DNA from: Paragordius varius
Lineage: Eukaryota; Animalia; Nematomorpha
Length of the DNA stretch: 64,000 nucleotides
Assembly: GCA_964247055.1 (NCBI GenBank)
Contig: OZ176052.1
Location: 9,548,001-9,612,000 of the forward strand
Reading direction: 5' to 3'
The first letter of the stretch is position 1. Every line of letters starts with the position of its first letter. A program made the translations under genes and the position numbers. Below are positions 53,113-64,000 of the stretch, in pieces. The notes beneath the pieces were generated by a model, which saw only the letters and a list, made by a program, of their open reading frames with translations, did no database searches and had not been told where the DNA came from.

Positions 53113-54658
53113 CAGTGGTAATCACATGAAAAATTTGACGGGCCAAATAAAATATATTTTATTTTTGAGGGCCATGCTTATAATGGCAAATCTTCCATAA
53201 TTATTTGACGCATATGCACATATTTAACTCTAAATTAGCACAATGAATTTTTTGCGAATCGCATGTAAATCCAGCTAAAAACTTGTTTTACAATATTTAG
53301 TTTAAAATCAAATGTTTTAACAACATTTTTTTTATATTTATTATTTGGTTTCACCTCATGGGCCAATCTTACACTTGAATACAACACATTCATTTTAGTC
53401 CTTCGATTCAAATTGGGGTGGATAACCCAGGCCCGTTTAATAAATTCTTTAAAAAATACGGAAGGTATCGAAACCATGGCAAAATTTTGTACTTATATAA
53501 CATTAATAAACCGGAATATATAAAAAATATTTTTCAAAAATACTTGATATTACGTATTTTAGGCTAAAACCCAAAGGTGAAAATTTAGTCAACCTGACAT
53601 ATGAGCAATGGTAAAATAAAAAAATAATACAAATTAACCTCTTTTTCTATTTCTATCAATGTGATTTAAATTAATTTTACCCTTTTAATTAAATAAAGAC
53701 GATATTTTGCGAAAATTTTGGAAAATAAAAATGGGGCCGAAGTAGACACGAAACTCTTTTTCCAAAACGAAATTTTATTAGATATATTGGCATAAATATA
53801 TAATTTTCATAAGGATAGAAGCATAAAATTAAATTGGGACCATTTCCTTAAGTAGTTTTTTTAATAATTCTAACTATTTATTCTGGGAGATTTAGATACC
53901 CTAATTTAATTAAAGTCTTAATACGTCGTCCATATGATCATCGGTTAAGCGATTTCTGTATGTATTTTTGACAAACTTCATTTTCAAATATGCCGTCTCA
54001 CACATGTAAGTTGAGGAAAAATCAGTTAGGATACTTAAGCACATTTTTTATATTTTGTTATTTATTTGGCACTTGCCAAAACTTTATATTTTTCTTTTCC
54101 ACGATACTATTTGAATATAGCCTGCAAATTGGAATCATTTTTAAAATCTCTTAATTCTTCAATGATAAGCGCCTGATCAAAACCGAAAGCTCAAATTGCT
54201 TAAGATTGGAAATATCCATATGCCATGGATTTTCAACGAGTTTTAGGCAATTTTAATATTTATTATTTCTTAAAATCAATATTTCATTTTTCTTATGATG
54301 CAGGATAGCAATGAAAAGAATATGTATATGCAAGTTTGGGTGAAAGGCTTGCTTAAATACAAAAAGTAAATTTAAAAAAAATTTCAAAATAGAAAAGAAA
54401 ATAGAAACAGAAACAACGTATGCCAAAATTTTGAAATCACTTTAATGTAGGGAAATTTTCTGCATTTCAAAATGGGTAAAAAATAAAAATTAACAAAATT
54501 TAAAAAAAAATAAATAATATTAAAATACGCGAAAATTCGTTTATGTGTATTTTAAAAATTTATCAATAAAAAAAATTAAGTGTCAAGATGGTCATAGGGC
54601 AATTTAAAGGACTCTTAGGGCCGCATGCGGCCCGCGGGCCGCGCTTTGATTACCACTG
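53113..54658 (-). mobile_element. Internally deleted copy of the 46885 hAT family, carrying a nested Family A MITE
   Basis: TIR CAGTGGTAATCA at both ends and TSD GTTTAAAC/ATTTAAAC (7/8). Collinear in reverse with both ends of 46885-49318. Subterminal GGGCCGCATGCGGCCCGCGGGCCGC. Confidence 0.88.
53372..53917 (+). mobile_element. Family A MITE nested in the hAT derivative
   Basis: Interrupts GGCCAATC-TTAA-TACGTC, which is uninterrupted in the parent element near 49040. Confidence 0.88.
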
Positions 54659-54728
54659 ATTTAAACTATATATGTTTTTGTCTCTGAATCCATACACCAT
54701 GTGAAATTTAACATGTGTTAACAATTTT

Positions 54729-55958
54729 ATGTTGCCTGCTAAAATTTTAAATAATTTTTCTCCAGGTTCCATTTCTTTTTTTCATACTACGGCATTCACT
54801 CTAAAAAAGTTATGTTATTTATAATATATCAGAGATATTTATAAAAAATTTGGCAAAAAGGGAAATTGGCTTGATTACAATAAAGCCATTTTGCCACCAC
54901 CCGATAACAAAGATGACGATAAGGCACGATATGCGGTACATATAAAATAATTTTAGGAATTTTGCCATGAGCGGCGAAACATAAAATATAGTGCAGAAAA
55001 ATTGTGGTATCCTGCCAAAATGATTCGCGGTATGTCTATTGATGAAGCTATAAAACAATTGACATTTATTCAATATTATGGAGCTAAAGTCATAAGAGAT
55101 GTTTTGCTTGAAGCCCAAGATTTAGCAACTAAAAATCATTTTTTTGAATTCAAATCTAATATGTGGATCGGTATATTTTTTCTAAATTTAATCCTTTTTT
55201 AACCCTATATTTATTTAAGCCTAAATTTTATTAAGACTTAACCTAACCAATACGTTTATATTGTGGTTTCTAGCCCTATTAGTTATGCTCATAAATTAAA
55301 AAATATTTTATTTTTGAATTTATACACTTTTAATTTTCTGAATTATTTTTAATTCAATAATTATAAAATTATCAGATAGTGTTTATTTTTTTGTCCACCA
55401 ATATTTCAAAAAATATCTGCCGCCGTATAATTGAACGTCGCTTTAAAAAATGATTCAAACCGAATTATTTATAACAGTAAACCCATTCCTAATTTCGAGT
55501 AAAACGCCGAAAAATATTTTAAAGTTGTTAGTTAAAAAATAAGATCTTGTTTTTAACAAATTCATTCATTGGTTAAATTTTGAAAGTAACTAATTTTAAA
55601 CAATATGCACCATAAAAAATAATTTAGGACAATATTACATAATTTGTTTTGGTTATTAAGCTAATAAATAATAAATGGACATTAAACAGTGTTTTATTAT
55701 AATTACCAATAATTTTTTAATTTATTGTTTATGTAATTAGCCGAATCATTTTGCACGAAAGCTCTCATGATAAAAGGGATGAGAAAGCAGGCACGAGGTC
55801 GCGCTTCTATCGTAAAATATCGTTATTGTCATTACTTTGTCCGTTTGTTGGAAGGACAACCGCCCGATCTATATTATCCCAAACTTGCTGAAGGATTCGA
55901 ACAGATCAAAAAATATATGGATATACATAGAAATCAAAATATTGATCATGCTCTATAA
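54729..55958 (+). CDS. MRPL22: Mitochondrial ribosomal protein uL22m (4 exons)
   Basis: Exons 54729-54808, 54833-54935, 54957-55170, 55741-55958. Motifs: HERRNIKYSAEKLWYPAKMIRGMSIDEAIKQL, VLLEAQDLA, EFKSNMWIAES, YCHYFVRLLEGQPP. Confidence 0.93.
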
Positions 55959-56012
55959 TATAAATTTTTATTATATGCAACTAACATATTTTCATTACAC
56001 ATTCAATATCAT

Positions 56013-58878
56013 CTATGTGTCGATGTTGCGTTTCCATTTCGGTATGTAAACGCATGCATCATGTAATTCATCCTTCTTTTGAATCCAATACTTTTTTCCA
56101 ACCAAATAATAGGAATCGGGGTTTTGTGACTGATAAAAGAGAGATAATTAGATATAAAATATTTCAACATCCCAAAAATATATAAAGATGCAAAAAATGT
56201 TACCCTTTGTTCGCACATATAATCTTTATCGCGTTCCCATAGGAGCTTACATGTATTTTTACTGATATGAATTTTGAAAGCTATAAATTAACATATTTTG
56301 GCATACCTGATCCTGTTTGACAAAGTTTGATGGCTGTAGTAACTGTATCACCGAAGAGACAATATCTCGGTAATTTCATACCAATGACCCCTGCCACCAC
56401 GGATCCTAAAACAATATCAATTCATATATATATAGAAATGGATTATTATTGATTTTACTAATGTAAGTTTTTACCTTAAATTTGTTGCTATTATTTAGAT
56501 TGGACTTTGACAATAAGTTAAATTTTATAACGATTCGTTGAGTCTATAATTATTGACTAATTGATTAATTATTTTAATGATAATGTTATGACCTAAAATA
56601 TATCAGTTAAAATAAAATCCTTTCTTTGATAAATAGATATAAAAACCTGTATTAATTCCGATGCTTATCGTAATGTAAGTTGATTTCTTATGAGGAATTT
56701 CGGTGTTTTTACAAATGGTTAGCAAATCAATAGCTAACAAAGATATTTCTTCGACATGTCTAGTTCCATTGTTTGTGGTTATCCCGCTAGCTGCCACGTA
56801 ACTATCATTGACGGATTCAATTTTTTGCACATCATAATAATCCATTTTCTTATCGAATTCGGTAAAGAGTGTATTGAGTAAATTTAAAACCTGAAATTCA
56901 AGTAATAAAAACCATAGTTAGTTATGAAATTATAGCTAAAAGTGGCAATTTTGATAACGATAATATGATTCGTTCTATCGATCATGTATTTTTCGTACAA
57001 ATCGAAGTAAATATAAGAGTTGAGTAAGCTGTATATGTAGGGTAAAGTTTTCGTAAATACAGCCATAATCAGTAAAAAATTGATATATATAAAATCGAAA
57101 AGCAGTACAATGGCCAATGCAGCCTTTTTAATTGAAAGGAAAAGTATTGCACTATGAACGGCTTATTTACGTTGATTATTGCCATTTTATCCTGGTTTAC
57201 CAAAAAAAATTTACAGTTTATATTTGGACATAGTTTCTGAAATAACATCGAATTTAAGCAAATTAAATTGATACAAATTTGAATTTTGTGAGATTCATTA
57301 TTAAAATTGCCTCATAGGCCTTTCCTAGTAAACTGTACATATTTTTGCGATTGCAGAGTCGGTTTTTATTGATTCATGGCAAAGTAAAACGCTTTTTATA
57401 GATTCACAACTAATATAAAATTGATGATGTGTCTTACAAAAATACTCTCTGCCATTAATCATATATTTTCGATAGTGCATATACAGTTAACGAGTCCTCA
57501 CTGGGGTTTAAGTCTTATGGCAAAACGGATTGATTTAAGGCAAAACATAACTTGTCATTAAAATGTTGTACAAACATTTTTTTTTAACGCCAAACCAAAC
57601 ATTATATACATATATATATACTCCGACCAGTCAAAACCAACTTTAAATGATAAATCCCATGATTCTCAAAAATTAATCCAAACTATGTCAGCTAAATCTA
57701 CGAGGGTTAATACATATGCAGGACTTTACACCCAGTGATTTAATCTCGAGGGTAATTACTAATTTTCATTTATCCTCCTTTTAACCTAAAAAGGTCAAAT
57801 TTTTTAACTTAACTAATTATGCATTTTTAAACTATGGGTTCTGAAGTCACATAAATATTATAAAATCGACTTAAGGCCAATTACGATTGCAAACTTGTTA
57901 ATTATAATATCTAAAATATTTGATGCTAAGCTGATTATGTTATTATGGAATGAACCTCAATATATTTTGCACAGTTCTATTATGTAACCTGCTTTATACA
58001 GATATAATATACAACCATATCTATTTTTCTATGCCAAGACTAAAAGATTAAAAAAAGCTTTAAGGTAATTACTTATTTTGGCTTTAAATAATTCTATTAA
58101 TATTAATGCTTTTAGTATAGTTTAAGACGCTTACTCTGACCAAATATACGTATTTTTTATCAGACAACAAATATCAGAATGCGTTTTGTATACATGATTT
58201 TTGTTTGATTGAAACATCCTAGCCTTACCTTATTAACAATATAATAATTTTAATATATAATAGTATCACGACAATGCAAAATTTTAAGTCAATTTTACGA
58301 TGCTGCCAATTTTATTAATTTTCTGGGATTTAATTAAATTATAATACAGTAATATAATAATATATTTGGCTTTCACCAAATCAATGATTTGCTAGTATGA
58401 GAATATAGTTTTTAAATTATACACATATAAATGGCGATTGAAGGACAAATCTCAACTAACTTTGTTAAAATAGTGTAAAAAGGTTTTCAGCAAATTAATA
58501 TATTTTTACACCTATGGCAGATGTATAAGTTTATTCCCTCGAGGTTTGTAAGTAATAGGATAAAAATTTGTCTTTTCTGAATATATATATATATATATAT
58601 ATATATAATAATTTTAGATTGAAAGTCCTTTATGACTTGGCTCTTAAAACTGTAAACTTTTTGAATATATTGAGAGATATTCGCAGAAAAAATGAAATTA
58701 TATTAATCAAAAGCCCCAAATGTTATATTAAAAACTAAAGGATCAGATGCTTATATATTATGATTCATTTACATTACAATGTTATAAATTCAACAATAGC
58801 GTATGGTAAAAAATAACAAATTGTTGAAATTAAACATTTTCCCTATATTTTAAAATTAATTTTGTGTATAATTTTACA

Positions 58879-58913
<35 letters not shown>

Positions 58914-61122
58914 GGTATTGTAAGTTGCATCGACTATTGATCTCGTTCCCAATATGAGTTTTAACTTTGACATTGTTCGTGTTTATAAAATACCGATTTT
59001 ATCAGCTGAAACCACAATAACATTTATTAAAAGTATCGTTCTTTAAATTTGGAGTATTAAGCGTTTGAAAATTTAATTTTTTAACGCTATACGATAACTC
59101 TTATATTGGTTCAATGTAGTAAACCAAGGTACTTTATTCTGGCCTGTCTAGTCATGTATCCTCTTGTTTAATTGACACTATGACCTTTTTAATTTATAAA
59201 ATTTGATTGTGAAACATACCAATCAAAGATTTTTTAAACGAATTCTCAAGTAAAACAAAATAAAATTTTAATCTAATATTGGATACCCAACACAAATATC
59301 TTCCCCGACTTCTTTGATAATTTCGGTATGTTTTATTTATTTTAAGCCCAATTTTGAATGATATAATATCTTTAAATAATCGTTATAATATCCATTATTA
59401 TTTTTTTAATATTTTTAGAGGAGCACTTTTGCATACCGAACAAAACGTGTTGGACATTCCTGGTATAATATATACCATTTACAGTTCAAATTCACCCTTA
59501 AACAATTCAAATTCACCCTTGAACAATTCAAATTCACCCTCGAATAAATAAGATGTTTTTTAAGATTAAAAATTACCTATATTTTAATATATTTTTAAAA
59601 AATAAAATTTTGTTTTAAATTAAAATAATACTGAAAAAAATTATTAATTATGCCATAAAGATATATTTTATATTAATAATGAATTATATTAGTTCGAAAA
59701 CACATAATTTATTTTTAGGGTGAATTTGAATTGTTCGAGGGTGAATTTGAATTGTTCAAGGGTGAATTTGAACTGTAAATGGTATATAAAGCAATAAAGT
59801 AAAAAATGTTCTTACATCTAATGGGGAACACTGTGAGACGATTGTTTCGAATCCAATCACCGTACTAATCAGAACTGTAACACTTTCATAGAATTTGGGT
59901 GTAATTATTTTATTGTGCATCATTAAATTTGCCACATGCATCGGTAATAGTTTGTAAATGAATTTTAGATTCTGGCTCTGTTTCTCCACCAATGTGTCCC
60001 GACTTTGTTGCATTATGGCACAAAACGCATTGATTTGTTTAATCAATTCCATCATGTAACGATACAGGATATACGTATGAATGGTTAAAGTTACCATACA
60101 AATAATGATTATGACAAACAAAATGACCAGTTTAACCACATTTTGTCTCTTTTCCCGCACTATTTGCTTGTAATCAGAGAACGTTGCGTTTAGTAATGCA
60201 CCTTGGTAGCTATAGAAATAATTTTTTAACTATTTCAATTTGAAAATTCTTAAAAAATGGGATTTGCGTAATGCAAAAAGTTGCTATGAACTTAATATAT
60301 AGCAGCTTTCCGTCATAAAGACGCCCTGACCCGTGTACATTTTGTAAATTAAATAGGGCCAAAATAAACTAATTTGTATAAACTAATTAAACTACCGACC
60401 TATATCTAAAAAAGCTCATCTTTACATTATAAATGAGGCCATACCTTTAAAAAAGTATGTTGGATTATTTTAATTTATAAATTTTCTATACATTATAATA
60501 AAAAATATAATATAATATAATATATGTGTTTTTCCATGCGATTAAGGGTATTTATGGGGAAGTCCACTGTCATCTGCATAAAAAAATTAAAATAATCCAT
60601 TTTGGGACATAAAAATTTGTTGTAAACCAAAATAAAAGGACAAAATATCTATTCAATAGATGTGATAAATACAACAAAATATTACCGACTATACGTAGAT
60701 GGCTGTGAAATAAGAGCAAACCCAATGAAAGCTGATATACATGTAATTACGACTATAACTATATTGAAAATTAAAATGGTGTAGAAAAATCGTCTCTTTA
60801 TTGATATGCGTTGCTGATCATTAAGCTCCAAACAATGTAAAAATGGGAATTTGGCATCATGATTTTTTTGATGATGTCTTATACCATATTTTTTGATTGA
60901 TTTTAGTTCGGGATTTTTGCAACAGCAGTTCAATTGATTTGTCGCTACATCTACATTAGAGTCATATACATCAAAGGGTGGCGGTGAGGATTTTTCTTCA
61001 AAATTTACATTAACATGACTGTTATTGTGAGTTGGATATATTTGATTTTTGTTCAAACTTGTAACATTTTTCGAATAATAATTATTGTTCTGGACATGAG
61101 AATGATTAGACTTGTCTTGCAT
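56013..61122 (-). CDS. Two-TM class III guanylyl-cyclase-like protein of about 455 aa with degenerate catalytic residues (6 exons)
   Basis: Exons 61122-60686, 60209-59816, 56890-56647, 56405-56307, 56280-56204, 56129-56013. Two hydrophobic helices, then a coiled helix ending KLLPMHVA, then [68 protein letters not shown]. Confidence 0.88.
59473..59784. mobile_element. Foldback MITE FB-2 in the cyclase intron
   Basis: TA|TACCATTTACAG...CTGTAAATGGTA|TA, each arm with about 3 copies of the 21-bp unit TTCAAATTCACCCTTGAACAA. Confidence 0.88.
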
Positions 61123-63418
61123 CCTTTGTTATAGTAATCAAAAGAATTCGTATAGAAATTGGTTTAAAAACTAGGTGTATAAAATGTTTGGCAACGAAAG
61201 ATATTTATATATAATTAATAAAATAAAGTAAACTACACCATGTACATATACATAAGCAGTATATATATAATTAATTAATTTGCATTGATTTGTAGTACAA
61301 TGGATTTTAGCGGTGGTATATGTAGGTGATTGTTTTAGCTTTAGTATAATAAACAGTTAAAAATTTAACTTTGAACAAAGGTAAAATTCAATCTTATTAA
61401 TATGATTTGGATAGAATGAGAAGGCGATTTTTCAATTTGCCCCAACAATTGTCAAAATTCATTTGTTAGCAACAGATAAAATTGTTATCAGAGATGCGAT
61501 CACATTAATATTTAATGTACCTAACCTACCTTCCCACATATGCCGTTTTTTATATTGTTAATTTGGAAGTTATAGATGTTTAAATTATTCATTCTCCTCT
61601 ACCAAATAATATACGTACGTTTTTTTATTGATTTTATTAATTAAGTCAAAAAAAGGGGTGAAAATTTGACTCCGGAAGGATATCGTAGGTTGTAAGAAAA
61701 TAATTAATATGATAGAATATTAATTAAATTAGTTTTTCATGTTATTTTAATTAATGTAAGAAGAATAGCTGTAAATTTTGTGTTTTAAATTTTATTTTAA
61801 ATTAGTTGTTAAACAATGCGGGCAAATCTCGCCAAAATCCTTCACTATGTTAGTGTTTCTTTTACCTAGAACTAAGTTTTGACTACAAGTTGATTCGGAA
61901 TTTTACTAAAAATAAAGATTTTCTAATGATAGCGCGCTTGTGTATGTACATTCTTTCTGACTAGGAGAGGGAAACAACAGTTCTGTGAATTAAATATTAT
62001 TGATTTCGTTTCCGAAAATTAAAAATATAATTTCTATTTAACGTTGTTAAATAAAAAATTTTCGGAATGGTTTATTCTACTAATAATATATTTATCAAAA
62101 CATATATTTCTATATAAATCTTTAAATGGAACTAAATGTTAAATAAAATTATTGTAAAGGTTGGGTTAATTTTAAATACTAAGTTAATTAAGTATTAACG
62201 GTTAAAATTATTTATAAGAAATATTGAGCTTTATTACAGTATGAGTGAGTATACATAGCTAGAAAGTTATTAATTATTGGCAAAGAGCATATACAACAAA
62301 GGGTAGTATTATTGGCTTATAGTTATTTTTTCACTTTTTACTATTAATTGCCAATAATAATTCTCTTTGCTGCATATGGTATTCGGCAATATACTTACTC
62401 ACACTGTATTTACAAGTCTTTATAATGGTGAAAATTTAATAAAAAAATGAAAATTATTGGCAGGCTATTTTTTATCATCTTACCAAATTAAAACTATGAC
62501 CAAATTACTGTTCTTTAAATCAAAAGAAATTTTGAAAATAGCTACCTAACAAAAACATATTTTTAATATTTATATGCGATAATAACTTTAAAAAGTAAAA
62601 ATATGCTTGCATCACTATAAACATACAGGTGACATTAAACAGAAAGTCTCATTATATTATAAAGAAAAAACATTAAATTCTTTTTTGATAAAGGATAATT
62701 GTTTAAAGTTTGTTTAATGCTTGTTTGACGTTTCTTATAAAAAATAAAAGGATCAATAGATTTGCTGTTAATAACTTTAGTTTCAAATAAAAAATTGAAG
62801 CAATCAGCGTAACTTTGATAAGTATCAAAGATTTTTATAATTATTGTTGGACCAGGTGTTTTGAAAAGATGCCCTTTCGCTAGGATGATTAAAATGTCCA
62901 AAAATATTTTTAAGGCAATTTTTGGGTAAACGTACCGTCATTCAAATTCGATATGTATTATTCTTATAAAGGCACATATTAAAGCAGTTTCTAAGTTAAA
63001 AGTGTAGATTAAGAAGGAATGCTATGTCTAGTACCCTTGTAGGTGCACTCTATCGATTTATAAATACGCCTCCTGTAAAACCACGTGACTATTGGGTATT
63101 TTGGCGGATAACCATAATAATTCAGTTATATTGCCTTTAGATAAATGCTTAGAGTAATAAATATTATTTTGAAAACCGCTGTATTTGGTTCGACCCCTGT
63201 CAATTTAAGTTTTTAAAATAATTTATACCCCAATATGTTCAAATCAATTTGGAAAATGGCCTTTAATGTATACCTATGTTTAGCAACATTGCCTTTTAAA
63301 TGCGCCAATCATTGTTGAGCTGCTTATTAAAATTGTTCCCGTGTTACAGCCCCACATTTGGTAAAATACGCCGAATATTTCCGAACTTTGCACAATAAAA
63401 CATTAATTTAGAATAATA

Positions 63419-64000
63419 TAATGTGACCAGATAGGCTGTTTTTCGCAGTATAGTACTGCGTTTTTGGAAAAAAACTGCGCCTGTACTGCCCTGACTTTTG
63501 TACTGCTTTTAAAAATTTTTTGTAATATTAATTACCTTATATAAAAAATTAATGTAAAATTTTATAGAGTATCCGCTGTTAAAATAATAATTTGTAAAAA
63601 AAGGTTCATTCGGTAAATACTAATATTAATCTATTTTAATTGGTTAATATTTTATTTTCTGATTGAGTACATGGAATCGGGTTTCGGACCGGTAAAATCG
63701 CTTATGAAGGCAATCGCCCAGGGAACTATAATTCTTTCGACCGTAAGATTTAGGCTAAAGGCCCTTTAACTCAGGGCTTTCGCAAAAGCGGCCTCAAAAT
63801 ATAAAATAAACACAAAATGAATTTATGATGTTTTAGTAATTAAAAGTTCAATGTTTGTTTCATTTGTTTCAGTTAATTTAATGCATATGTTGGATATTTT
63901 TAATTGTTTCTAATAAGTTAATAAATAGTAAAGAACTATATCATCAGATAAACCGCAGCACTGGTGTAAAAATAGGCAATGTATGATTTAATTTTGCACT
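63419..64000 (-). mobile_element. Family B hAT element, third copy, running off the window
   Basis: TAATGTGACCAGATAGGCTGTTTTTCGCAGTA is the reverse complement of the right end of 37791-39108. Confidence 0.85.

Noticed and set aside
3810-61122. Alternative genetic code (stop reassignment as in ciliates)
   Set aside because: In the nine gene models, the in-frame stops are removed by GT-AG introns, and TAA, TAG and TGA each terminate at least one gene.
62600-63400. 88-aa ORF and adjacent GC-richer minus-strand frames
   Set aside because: No recognisable motif, multiple stops, and interrupted by a Family B element. Probably a decayed TE.

Overview
Very AT-rich eukaryotic (animal-like) nuclear DNA read in the standard genetic code. 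Manual splicing recovers nine protein-coding genes that the ORF track only fragments. Six form a cluster with strictly alternating strands and almost no intergenic DNA: GCDH(+), SRP9(-), MSH6(+), BUD23(-), ELOF1(+), GPX7(-) (3810-26173). The others are an intact, intron-containing IS630/Tc1/mariner-derived gene with an altered catalytic triad (39355-40517), MRPL22(+), and a convergent two-TM guanylyl-cyclase-like gene with degenerate catalytic residues. Eighteen GT-AG introns are only 21-27 nt long; 12 are multiples of 3, and 11 of those contain an in-frame stop. They sit mostly at the 5' ends of genes, while downstream introns are typically 50-2900 nt. Most of the remainder is nested transposon debris: Buster-type and Blackjack-type hAT elements with visible 8-bp TSDs, a TTAA-targeting piggyBac-like MITE family, an RTE LINE remnant, and TA-flanked foldback elements with 21-bp repeat arms, including a 2.8-kb compound palindrome. 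Gene identities rest on my recall of conserved motifs; no database search was run.
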